In this document: positions 22,114 through 33,411 of the stretch, piece after piece | Position numbering within the stretch: position 1 is the stretch's first letter | Layout of the letters: the number at the start of each line of letters is the position of its first letter | Source of the DNA: Cyanophora paradoxa CCMP329 | Lineage: Eukaryota > Plantae > Glaucophyta | NCBI GenBank assembly: GCA_004431415.1 | Contig: QPMI01000245.1 | Location: forward strand, 43,886-107,885 | Direction: 5' to 3' | Length of the DNA: 64,000 nt | Notes under the pieces: generated by a model | Told to the model about the DNA's origin: nothing | The model's database searches: none | Seen by the model: the letters and a program-made list of their open reading frames with translations, nothing else | Program-made: the position numbers and the translations under genes

Positions 22114-23556
22114 TTATTTCTGCACTTGTACCATGCAATCCTTTCTGTGGCTTGCATCCCAGCTCTTCTTTTGGCATTCACTGGAGCAATAGAAAGCTGC
22201 CTGCGCAAACCGCTCAATGCTCCGGTCGGCGGCGAGACTGTGGGATTGTATACCTTGCACCGAGCACATCTCTTGTACTCGGCGAAGCGCTGCTCTTTCT
22301 TGCCGCAGCCTCCACATGTCCTAAGAGCCACCACATCCTTGCCAAGTGGTGCAAGGGCTATCGCAGCGCATCTCTTCAGCTCCACATGCGTGTTCTGAAG
22401 ATATGGCTGGATGCCAGCAGGGAATAGCGGGTGCTGCAGGATAGCATCTTTGGATGGCTTCACCAGGCCTGCATAGAGAGTTTGAGTTGAAGCACAAGGG
22501 CAAGCTTAAGGAGCCGTACTGACCAAGGAAGCCAATAATCGTCAGCTGCTTGGCAATCGTCTGTGGCTGCAATCCGTCTTCATCGACCTGAAAGGATCTT
22601 CAGTGAAAGCATTAGCTCGGGCAAACTGGACCTGCTCACCATCGTCTTCAGGACGGGCATCGTGTCCAGAAGGGCCCGGACCATGCCAGAGACTGTGGCC
22701 CACGTCGAAATCTCCTTCAGCTCAGGCGTGATCTCCAATGCAGGCAGGACTGCCAGAGGGTCCGCCCCCGCCTGGATCTCCACTGGTAGTATGGCCCTCT
22801 CGATCAAAGTCAAAGCCGAATGCAGGAGAGTGACCCTCTCAATGCTCGACACTGGCCGGCCTGGGCAGAGTGAGCAGAACACGCAGGAGGTGGAGGCCGC
22901 GCGTCTCACCTTCTTTTCTCGTGGACCTGGAAAGCATGAGCCCGAGCAGCTTGAGCCCGGCTTCGCTCCGCAAACGCGAGTGAGTGAGCGCAGAGTCTGC
23001 TACCCAGACAAGCAAGTGCGCCGCCGCCGCCGCTTCTGTGACGTCGTCTGGAGCGACATACTGAGCTTGCGCGTAATCCAGAACGCATATGCAGACGCAC
23101 TGCTAGCGATCATGGCGAACAACCCTTCCACAGCTGCCTGATCACCTCTAAGCGCCTTTGCGACGTTCGACGCGCCGTCGCCGCCGGACGCCGCGCCGCT
23201 CGATAAGCATCGGGCGAGCAAGTCCGCAGCACTGCTCCTCAGCAGGATGCTGCACTCCTTCTGCGCGGCAGCTGCGCCAAATTTCGCCTGCAGATCGCTG
23301 TACATCCCCTTCGCCCCCTCGCGCTCCGTATCAAATAGGTCAAGAAATGAGGACCTGCGCATCCGAGAAAGCGGTCAGGGGACTCGAGCAGCGCTAAAGC
23401 ACGGCGCTCGCACCCCAAGAGCTTCGTCAGAGGCGCCAGTCCGTCCTCGCCGTTTACGTCTGGGGCGGTCCGCATTGCCGCTTTCAACCGCATCATCGCC
23501 TCGAGCGCTCGGTCTGGATCTCGCGCGCCGAGCGCTGCCGCCAGAGTCGAGGCCAT
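22114..23556 (-). CDS. Helical-repeat protein with C-terminal MYND zinc finger, multi-exon
   Basis: CGGCGKKE...KRCARCK / AAFYCSSECQKKSWDASHRKDC. Confidence 0.8.
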
Positions 23557-23959
23557 CTCTCGCCCCGCCGGCACTCTAGCTAAGGGCTTCCGAGTATTCG
23601 ACCGCGAGATAACGATGAGAGGCGTTGATGTAACGTCGGACAGGCGCGCGAGAACGGCTGCTTCGCGACGTCGGCTGGCAGTTGTACTTGTGTACCCTGC
23701 CTCTGAGCCTCGGCGCTGCCTCGCTCCGAAGTTGCTCGCTGCTTAATTGCGAGCCCTCGCATTGCGAGGTTCAGTTGGTTCACCACAGTCACGCAGCTGC
23801 AGCCTCACGCACAAGCGCACGCGCGCTCACAAAGCGACATTCGATCTCAGCGACAGCTAGTTACTCGTATCCCTAGCGCTCTTCAGCTTGCTTCAGCAGG
23901 TTTTTACGTTGCAGCCTCACTTCGAGCGGGGCCGGCGAGCGGCGCTGCACGCGCGTACG

Positions 23960-24841
23960 ATGGGACGGGTCTCCGCCATCGTTGCCGCGAGCGTCCTGCT
24001 TCTGGCCATCGTCGCTCGGATGCACCTGCAGTCGGCGAAAGAACACGGCGGCCACGGCCAAGCGATCCTGGAGGACGCCCGCGCGCAGGCCCTCGGCCAA
24101 GATCTAGAGAAGCGGCAGACGCGCACGGACACTTGCCCTATGACCTCTGAGCTATTCCAGGTGCGTAAATTGCAAGACCGCTTGCATCTTTGCTTGATTT
24201 TAACTGGTCTATCACCCCGCAGCATCTCGACCCTCAGATAATGCTGCTAGTCCAAGGAAAAGCTTGCCCCAGCGACGGCCCTGGCCTTGTACTGCAAGAG
24301 GCTCGCAAGAGGGTGTCCGTGGTGATTGGCCATGCAGACAAGAAGTGGGATGGCAAGCCGTACTTTTTTGAGCAGGTCCTATCCCTCGATACTCAAAGAA
24401 GTTGATTATGGACTCCACATGCTTAACCTTCGATCAGCAGGTTGACCTCTCCGGCCTTGAGGTACATATTCTTATCAAGTCATATTTCTTGTATCTCTCA
24501 CTTTCGCATGCTGATCTCTTCCTCAGTACTACCTGAAAACACGGAAGCCGGGGACCAGTGTGTACTTTCTGGAGCACTGTGCTCGAGATGAGCCACAGTG
24601 TGATGACCAGGGCGGGCCCATCATCGCCACTGCAACAGGATTGGCTTCCCGGGCAACACACGGGGGATTCGTTCATGTGAAAGAGTCCTGCCAAGTCGAG
24701 GAATGCAAGAGCAAATCTGACGTGCGAGTCGGACCGAAGGCATTCGCTTGGGTGAACACCCTGTCCGCACATGTCACTGAGCGAATTCGCTACGTGAGGT
24801 TCTTGATTAGCAAGCTGTTTGGCAGGAAGATACTGAAATAG
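23960..24841 (+). CDS. Hypothetical protein with N-terminal signal/anchor, multi-exon; 3' end uncertain (24841-24860)
   Basis: MGRVSAIVAASVLLLAIVAR hydrophobic start; exons separated by GT-AG introns. Confidence 0.5.
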
Positions 24842-24874
24842 GGGCATTAACTGCAATCTAAATAAGACAATGTG

Positions 24875-25797
24875 CTACTTCTTGAGCTTCTTCCTCTCCT
24901 GAATACAATTATGCCTCTCGAACTGGAGGACTGCGATGGGTCGCATTCAGTAAGATCTCAGGGGAGACCGGGCTCTGCGCACCATTGGGTATGTGGGACG
25001 TGTCTTTCACGCAGAGCCATTCGCAGATTCGCCACCTCTCGATCTGAACAAAGTAGGGGCGAACAACGTGAAGCAGACCGAACCACGCCGACCCGAAGGC
25101 AGCGCCGACGGCGGCGCCCACCAGGACCTGCGCCAGCGGTGCATTAGAGCAAACGAGCGTACATTAGAGTCCCGATGGAGGCCCTTCAAAAATCGACGGG
25201 GAGGGCCTCTCGATCAGGAGGGCGCATGCGCATGCACCTGCGCCACCGAATGGTAGAGTAGATACACGCGGCTCCAGCACACTGCCGCCGCGACGCCGAT
25301 GGCCGCCGCGCTGCTCGCCGCCTTCCACGCCGCCGAGTGCGCGTGCGAGCGGCCGCAGATGTACAGCACGAAGAACGACGCGGCGAAGAATGAGAGCTGA
25401 GCGTGATCGCTCGGCATGCCGTAATCGACGCCTTCCCTGTCGGATCCCTTCGGCCGCGCCTCCGCAAAGAACGCCTTGAGGGACAGGTTCAGGGCCTCCG
25501 ACCTACGCGCGAGCGCGCGCGCGCTTAGCTATAGCTAGACGGGCCAGCGAGAGGCCGTTCGATGCGCACGCGAGAATTCCAGCGAGGAAGAACGCCGCCA
25601 GCAGCTCGCGCCGCGCGACGCACCACGTCGCCGTCGCCACAACCAGCGCGATGGGGAGCAGGCTCACGTCTGGCGCGCGGATCAGCGCTGCGTACAGGGT
25701 AGAGGAGCTAGAGGCGCTGCGTACACGCGAGCAGCTTGCCGAGGTGATCGCCCTTCACGTATCGAACGTAAGTGAGCTTCACTGGCTTGAACTCCAT
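24875..25797 (-). CDS. DOLPP1: Dolichyldiphosphatase 1 (PAP2 family), multi-exon
   Basis: KPVKLTYVRYVKGD, LKAFFAEARP, YGMPSDHAQ, WSRVYLLYHSVAQV, KDTSHIPNVLQFE. Confidence 0.92.
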
Positions 25798-26269
25798 CTT
25801 AGCCGGCCCGGCGCGCGCTGCTGGGCGACGATTGCTTGCAGTCGCCGCTTGCGATTGCTTGCAGTCCGGCGCTGGTTTAATCTGGCGGCGAACTTTTGGC
25901 GGTTTGGCGGGGTACCCGGACGTCGCGCCAACTGTGGCCAAGAAGGCGAGCCAGCGAGCCCGCCGCATCTCAGCATCTGCGGGAGGACACACACATTCGC
26001 GCCCGCCCACAGTCGTACGCAACCGCCTGGAAGTGTTTGAATCATGTTCAGGTCCGCGTGACGTTCGCTGCCCGCGCGGCGGGCGTCCGGGGATCGCCGG
26101 TCTGCTGATTGCGCACGTACGGCGCAGGCTAGGTTCTTTGACACCGTGCGGGGCACGCCGGCTGTCGTCGGCCCTCTCGGCCCGCACGGCAAGGCGTACG
26201 TATTCGAACGGCGGCAGCGGCAGCGGCCGCTCCGGCTCGTACCAGCGCGTTCCGGATGTGCTAAACGCC

Positions 26270-27207
26270 ATGTCCCCTGCCCTCGCCGCTGGCGCTGCAG
26301 CTGTCGGGGCGAGCGTCGCTTTCGCCGAGCCGCCCAAGGGATCCGCGAAGGACGCCGCGCCGGCGATCGCAATCACGCCGTACGCGGCGGGCGACAAGGC
26401 GGCCGTCGTGGAGATCCTGAACAAGGGCTTCCTGGACATGCTCTGGCCGGCGGTCTTCAAGATGCTCTTCTCGGGCAAGTTCTTCGCGCTGTGGAGCGGG
26501 GCGGCCGGCGGCCTCTTCCTCGCAGGGATGCAGGCGGCGGCGCAGGCCGTCGCCCTCGCCGTCCCCGTCCTCGTCTACGCCACTTGCCGCTACATGCTCA
26601 CCCGCGCCAGCAAGGCGCGCCCGCCGCCCCGCCCCGCCCCGCCCCGCCCCGCCGCCCGGGGCGCCTCTGACGGCCGGCGCGGGCAGTCGCTGGCGGCGAG
26701 CCTGGACAGGCTCTCGACGGACGGCAAGTCGAAGCTGTGGGTGGCGCGGAACGCGGCCGGGCGGGCGGTGGGGAGCATCGCGGTGACGCCGGAGGGGGCG
26801 CGGCTGGAGCCCGGGGCGAGCGCGGAGCTGGTGCGGTTCGCGGTGGACCCCGCGCACCGAAGGAACGGCGTCGGCGCCGACCTCCTCATCGAGGCCCTCG
26901 TCCACTGCAAGGAGAAGGCCCGCCCCCCGCCCGCCCGCCCGCCCGCTTGCCCCGCCCCGCTCCGCCGGCCCCGCCGACGGCGCGGGCAGGGGGTGAGGCG
27001 GGTGCACCTGGTGACGTCGGAGCTGGCGGTGCCGGGGATGCGCCTGTACGAGCGGGCCGGCTTCCGCGTCGACAAGGTGCACACGATGTCCCGCTTCTTC
27101 GGCCTCGTCAACTTCAGGTGCCGGGCCCCCTCCCGCCCGATCCCGGCCTTTCCCCCAGCTGACCTCTGCGCCGCCGCAGCGCGCGCAAGTACGTGCGCGA
27201 CCTGTGA
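26270..27207 (+). CDS. GNAT N-acetyltransferase (NAT8-like) with hydrophobic segment, 4 exons
   Basis: ELVRFAVDPAHRRNGVGADL (motif A), VHLVTSEL...RLYERAGF. Confidence 0.85.
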
Positions 27208-27451
27208 GCGCCCGGGCCCCGAAGCCCGCCGCGGCCGCGGCCCGTGGTCCACTTTTTCCGGGGACGGCCCCTTTTTTCGCCCTCCGCTCATGCAGCAGCC
27301 GTGCTGCCATAATATCTGCCGTAGCTTTCTATAACATTTAAGCATAATATCATCTTTTCTCATGGTGCTTGGTCGGCGTCTATAGCTAGATCTATAATAG
27401 ATCTTAAGCTTAAGCTTCGATGTCGAGGCTCTTCCGGAACACGTGTAGATC

Positions 27452-27498
27452 CAGCTGAGGTTTTAGCTCACGCGGCGTACAGCTGAGGTTTTAGCTCA
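27452..27498. repeat. 19-bp direct repeat upstream of CSN7
   Basis: cagctgaggttttagctca at 27452-27470 and 27480-27498. Confidence 0.85.
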
Positions 27499-27754
27499 GG
27501 CGGCGCCGACGCGGCCGGACACGGACCGGAAGGCGCGCGCCGGCCGCAGCGCCGAACGCGTCATGCTCACTGAGTCAGCTAGCGCTGCACGGCGGAGCAC
27601 TTCGAGTACGTCGGTCGGTCCAAAAGTCGTTGTTTGCGGCAGAAAACAGCTTCGCGCGAGCTTGCGAGTCGGCGAATTCGAATTCGGCAGCGCAACGCGT
27701 CGTTGAACGCGAGGGAGGAGGGGTACGGCGTCCAACGAACACAGCCTCGGCGCA

Positions 27755-28961
27755 ATGGAGGGCGAGGAAGCGCTGCAAGGATTCGTTCTGCTGGCCCGTT
27801 CGAACAAGGGCAAGGCGCTCGCGGCCCTCATCCAGCAGGCCATCGCCGCACCGAACGTGTGGTGCTTCGGCGAGCTCCTCGACATGCCGAACATTCAGGA
27901 GGTCCGCTCGCGTTTCAATGGCGCGCGGGCCCTCTCCGCAGACCCCGCATGAACGCCCGCGGCCGCAGCTTGAGGGGAACGCGGAGCTCAAGCCGTACCA
28001 TGCCCTCCTCCGACTCTTTTCACATGGCACGTACGCGGATTACAAGGGTGAGCGTCCCGCCGCTCTTCGTACTTCGCCGCGCTCACACGGGCGCCGCTGC
28101 AGCGCACCAGGCGATGTTCCCGGCGCTCACGCCGCAGCTCATCTACAAGCTGAAGCTCCTCACGCTCGTCACTCTCGCCTCGGAGCACAAGGTCCGCGGG
28201 CGCGGGTCGGCGCCACTCCTGTCATCGCCCGACCAGCGGCGGCGGCGCGTGCGCAGGTGCTGCCGTACGAGCTCCTGCAGCAGCAGCTGGAGATCGGGAA
28301 CGTGCGCGAGCTGGAGGACCTCGTCATCGACGCGATCTACCAGGGCCTGGTGAAGGGCAAGCTGGACCAGAAGTGCAAGCACCTCGAGGTGCACTTCGCC
28401 ATCGGGCGCGACATCCGGCCCGGCGAGGTCGAGAAGATGATGGGCACCGTCGAGCGCTGGTGCGGCCCCGCGCCGCCGCAGCGCTCCCCGCGTGCGGGCG
28501 GCCGAGCGGGCGGGCGGCGCAGGCTGGGGACGTCGGAGGAGATGCTGCGGGCGATCGAGGAGCGGGTGCGGCACATCGGCGCCGCCGCCGAGGCGAACCG
28601 CAAGCACAAGCAGGAGCTCGAGGCGAGCATAGAAGCCACCAAGAAGACCATCAAGGCCGCCACCGTGCGCGCGGCCGCCGCCCCCGCGCCCGCTCGCGCG
28701 CGCGCGCCGCGGGCCGAGCGCGGGGCGGGCAGGACGAGGAGGGCCGGGGCGGGATGGGCATGGAGGCAGACGCGGACTACATGGACGAGGACCGGCGCCC
28801 CCACAAGACGTGCCCCCGCGCCCCGCCCCGCCCGCCCCGCGCCCGCGCCCCGCGCCCCGCCCCGCTGACCGGCCCCGCGCCGCCCCGCGCCCCCCGCCCC
28901 GCGCAGTCGCTCCAAGCAAAAGCACGGCGTCGACTCGGGCCGCTACGAGCGCAGGAGATGA
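27755..28961 (+). CDS. COPS7: COP9 signalosome subunit 7, multi-exon
   Basis: [81 protein letters not shown]. Confidence 0.95.
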
Positions 28962-29268
28962 GACGCTAGGCCGCCCCGCCCTCTGGCCCGGGGACGGCCG
29001 CACCGTCCCCACGGCTGTTCCCCATCCCATCCCGCGCCCCCTCCCTGCCCGCCACTGCCACCTTGTCAAATATGCACCCCCTCTTCCTCTCGCGGGCGCC
29101 TTGGGCGGACGGACGCGGCACTGGAAAAACTGCGGCGGTTCTTGGAAACAGCAAAGGGAAGAGGGGTCGGGCGGCGCCGGAGGGGGGCCGCCCGGCCGGG
29201 GCAGGAAGGGGCGGGACTTGGAGGGACGGGGGCGCGGGGAGCGGGGGTCGGCGCCGGCGACTGCGCCA

Positions 29269-31623
29269 TCACTGGGGCTCCGGGGTCGGGGGCTTGCCGC
29301 CCCGCAGCTTCTCGAGCTCCCGCATCGCGTCTGCCGGCGGGGTGCCGGGCTCAGCGGCGGCCGCGCCTTCGAGGAGGGCGGGAGGCGGGGGGCGGGGGGC
29401 GCACCGCGGCGGGACTGCTCGGTGGTGCGCGGCTTGCCGCCCTGCCGGCTCAGCAGGTTCTGGAAGAATGACTGCAGCGCGTCCTCGCTCTGCCCGGGCC
29501 CCTTCGCCCCCGCCCCCGCCCCCGCCCCCGCGCCGGCGCCTGCCCCAGGGGTCTGGCAGGGCGTGAGGCGGGGGGGGGGGGGGGGGGGGGGGGGGTAGAT
29601 GCGCGGGGGCAGTGCGGGGCGGGCGCACGGGGGAGGTGGACGGGGTACGGAGGGGACGGCCAGGGGGGAGGTGCGGGAGGCCGCCGGCTGCGCGGCGCGT
29701 CGGCGGGCGGGACGGGCGGAGGGGCGGGGGCGGGGCGGGGCGGGCGGACGCCGGCGGGGCGCGGGGCGGGACGCCGGCGGCGGCGGCGGAGGCGCGCTCG
29801 GCGCCCAGGAAGTCGCTGCGGCGGCGCCTCAGCGGGCGGGGGGAGCTGCGGCCGGGGTGGCAGGGAATGCGGGTACCGCTCGAGGCCGCGGAGGAACTCC
29901 TGCTCGTCCACCTCCGCCGCCGCCGTCGCCGTCGCCGTCGCCTGCCGCGCCGCGTCAGGGCGAGGTCCCCGGGCGGGCGGGCGGGCGTCTCGGGGGCGCA
30001 CGGGGCGCTTGGGGGCCTGCGGCGCGGGCACGAACTCCTCGTACGCGTCGCTGTTCGCGCCCGTGCTCGGCGGCGCCTGCGGGGGCGGGTGAGCGCGGCG
30101 GGGCGCGCGGGGGGGGGCCGGGGCGGGCCTTGGGGTCGAGGAGGGCGGAGATCTTCTCGGGGGAGTCCCACCCGCTCGGCACGAAGACCCGCTCCTTGTC
30201 CAGTACCTGCCGGGGTACCGCATCACAGAGGAAGCGAGCGGGGCGGGGCGGGACGGGCGTGCGGGCCTCGGCGCGGGCGGCGAGGGGCACGCCGTAGAGG
30301 CGGTGGAGGAGGTAGTCGTACAGGCGGCGGCAGGCGTCCACCGCGGGGGCCCCCCGCCCCTCCGACGCCCCCGCCTCGCCCCCGGCCCCGCCCTGCCCCT
30401 CCGACCCCGCGCTCGCCCCGCCGAGACGTACGCCAGGGCGGCGCCGTCTGCGCGGGCGGGGGTCGGCGGGGCGCGGGGCGGTGGCGCGGGGCGCGGGAGC
30501 GGACAGGGGAGGCAGGCGGAGCGGAGGTGGCGCTGGATGAAGTCGAAGTGGGCGTCCCGGTAGTCGAGCTCGCGCTCCAGCGCCCCCGCCGCGTCCGCCT
30601 TGCAGCAGACGACCACCACCGGAACGCCCAGGTTCCTCGTCAGCACCCCCGCCGGCAGCGCCAGCCGCACCTGCCCCGCCCGCCCGTCAGTTGGCCCGGC
30701 AAAGCGCGCGGGGCGCGCCGCGGCGCGGCGCGGCGCGGCGCGGGGCGCTCGCCTGCTGCTGCTGCTGGTCGGCGCCCTGCTGCTCGGCCTGCTTGGCGAG
30801 CCGCCGGCGCTCGGCGAAGGGCGAGGCCGCCACCGAGTGCCGCTGCTTCGCCGCCGCCTCCGCCGCCGGCTCCTTGTACGTCTGCAGGTACGACTCCACT
30901 GCCGCGCGGCGTCGGCGGGGCGGCTCGCCGCGGCGGGGCGCGGGCGGGGCGGCGCGGGCGGGGCGCACGCTCGGCCTTGAGCGCGGCGACGCGGTCGGCG
31001 GGCAGGGCGCCGGAGACGGACGCTATGTGCTCCTCCAGGACGCCCATCCAGCGCCGCAGGCTCTCCAGGAGCGTCCACGGCTTGGAGAGGTCCAGCACGA
31101 CGACCGCGAGCGCCTTGTCCAGCGTGCTCCCGTCTACCGCCAGCGACAGCAGGTCCTTCTGCCTCTCGTCGCCCTCCAGGCTCCAGACGTTGATGCGCGC
31201 GTACACCTCGTTGCCTGCGCCGCCGGCCGTGAGCCGGCCGCCCGGGCGCGCCGCAGCGGGATGGCCGACCGTCGCCCTCGTCCCGGTCCGCGAAGTCCCG
31301 CACGTCGATGAACGTGTATCCGAGCGCTGTCCTGGTCGCCGAGCGCGGGTCTTCCCGCTTCGCCAGGCGGGCCAGGAGCGTGGTCTTGCCGACGCCCTTG
31401 TCGCCTGCGCCGGACGCCTCCGAGTGAGACGAGCAGAATCAAGCGATTGCGACCGCCTTAGTCGTGTTCGCGGCGGCCCGATGGCGGCGCTGTTCGGCAG
31501 CTGACCAAGAACGAGGATGTTGCGGATCTCGGTGGTTTGCCGCTCTGTTCCCGCCGAACGCAGCAGCTCCTGCCATATGCCATCGTCCGCGGGCGCCGCC
31601 GGCGGCGCCTGGGACGCGCTCAT
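29269..31623 (-). CDS. DYNC1LI: Cytoplasmic dynein 1 light intermediate chain, multi-exon
   Basis: IWQELL, NILVLGDKGVGKTTL, LGYTFIDV, VVVLDLSKPW, NLGVPVVVVCCKAD, FDFIQRHLR, VFVPSGWDS, LQSFFQNLL. Confidence 0.92.
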
Positions 31624-32220
31624 GCTTGAACTTTTCCGAACGGCTGGCACCGAAAATGACAAGAACCCCCCCCCCCCCCCCCCCCCCCGGCCCACCGCAA
31701 ACTCGCGCCGCGCGCGGCCGCGCGCATGCGCAGCCCCGCGGCAGCTGCAGCGCGCGCGCGCAGCCGCGCCAAACACGCGTACGGCGCTCAGGGACGTAGC
31801 TCGTCCACGCCGCACGCCCGGGCGCCGCGCGCGACCGCGCATGCGCAGCGCTAGCGCGCGGCGGCGGTGCTGGCGGTGCTAGCGCTAGCGCCGGCGCCGC
31901 GGCCGGCGCCCGCGGCCGGCGCTCAGCGGCTGCATGCCGCAGTGCGCGCGCATGTGCGCATGTAGCTCTGCATATCAGCAGACTGGTCGCGCTCGCGCTG
32001 GCCCGGATGCGCAGCTGCGCAGGACAAATTGCATGAACTGCGCATGCAGTACTAGCTATAGTACGCTAGTACTACTAATTACACTGCGACAGCTGTTTCA
32101 AATTAATGAGCTAAACGCGCGCAGCGAGGGAGTCTCGGATTTAAACTTGAAAGGAGGCTACGAGGGTTGCATATACGTGTACATAAAACTACGGATGGGG
32201 ACGGAGTGTCAAGGGACAGG

Positions 32221-33188
32221 TCAGGAGAGCCTGCCCCAGTACTCGGCGCGGGGGTAGAGCTTCGCGAGGGAGTCCCACTGGACGACGAAGCGGTCGGCGA
32301 GGCGGTAGAGGAGGCGGCCCGTGAGGGAGAGCGATTTCACGCGGCAGATGCTCTCCACGAATATGATCTTCACCGGCCTCCTCCCCAGATACTGCCCCGG
32401 CGCCGGCTCAAAGGGGTACACATGCGGGACCGCGGGGCGGCAGGGTGGAAGGGGGTACGGCACCTTGAAGACGAGGGCCCAGGCGCATATGGGGATGCAG
32501 GTCCCGGGCCCGTTGCAGAGGACCTGCGGGTGGGTCGCACGCGCGGCGGGGCGGGGGGGGGAGGCGGGGGGTACCACGTCGGGGCGGAAGTCGGCGACGA
32601 CGCGGAAGGAGTGCGCGAGGGCGACGCCGGTCGTCCAGGCGGTCGTGATCCACGACTGGCCCACCTCGCGGCTCCGGCGCACCACCCTGAAGGAGACCGT
32701 CGTGCTCTGCGGTCCGTGGAGGGATCCGGTGGGGAACAGGCGGCAGCGGTCGGCGGGGCCGGGGCGGCGCACGCTCTGGGCGTCGGCGGAGTAGCGAGCC
32801 TCGGCCACGCGCACGACGCGCTCGCGGCTCATGTTGTCGGTGTCCGCAAGCACGTAGCAGCGCGGCGCGTACTTGCGCAGGTCCAGCGCGCCGAGCAGTG
32901 TGATCATCTCCGTCGTGTGGCCGCCTGCGGCGCGGCGGGCGTGAGCGACGCTACGTCACAGACGGGATGCGTCGCACCCGAGCCGAGGACCACCAGGAGC
33001 CGCGCGTGCGGTCGCCGGTCGCCCCGATCCACGCGCGGGCTGCTGACAAAGTACCTCCAGAGGTAGATAGCCAGGTAGATCGTGCCCCCGACGAAGAAAA
33101 TCATGTTTAATGTCTCTTTGCCGAGGCGCCCGATGGAGGCGAAGATCGCCGGGACCTCGCCCGGCGCTTCGTCCTCCATCGTCTCCAT
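32221..33188 (-). CDS. ALG14: UDP-GlcNAc transferase subunit ALG14, multi-exon
   Basis: LVVLGSGGHTTEM, RSREVGQSW, LCNGPGTCIP, IFVESICRVKSLSLTG, FVVQW. Confidence 0.95.
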
Positions 33189-33411
33189 CGAACGCAGCTG
33201 CTCCGATCGCCCGCACGCGCCTTTCGCCTAGCTACGAACGCTCTGCTCACACGGCGCGGGCTGGCGGCAAATTTCGGCGGCCGAAAGTGGGTACGGTGAC
33301 TTGAAACTGTCCCGCTCGACCGAAGACCGTAAGGTCGACGTCGGAGTTCGCGCTGTTCGCTAGTCAAGGGTCGAAGTTCGCTAGTTCGCGCCCGGGAGGA
33401 TCGGCAGCAGA

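Noticed and set aside
29570-31688. Poly-G (29570-29595) and poly-C (31666-31688) runs as functional elements
   Set aside because: Simple homopolymers in an intron and an upstream region; length is unreliable and there is no supporting evidence
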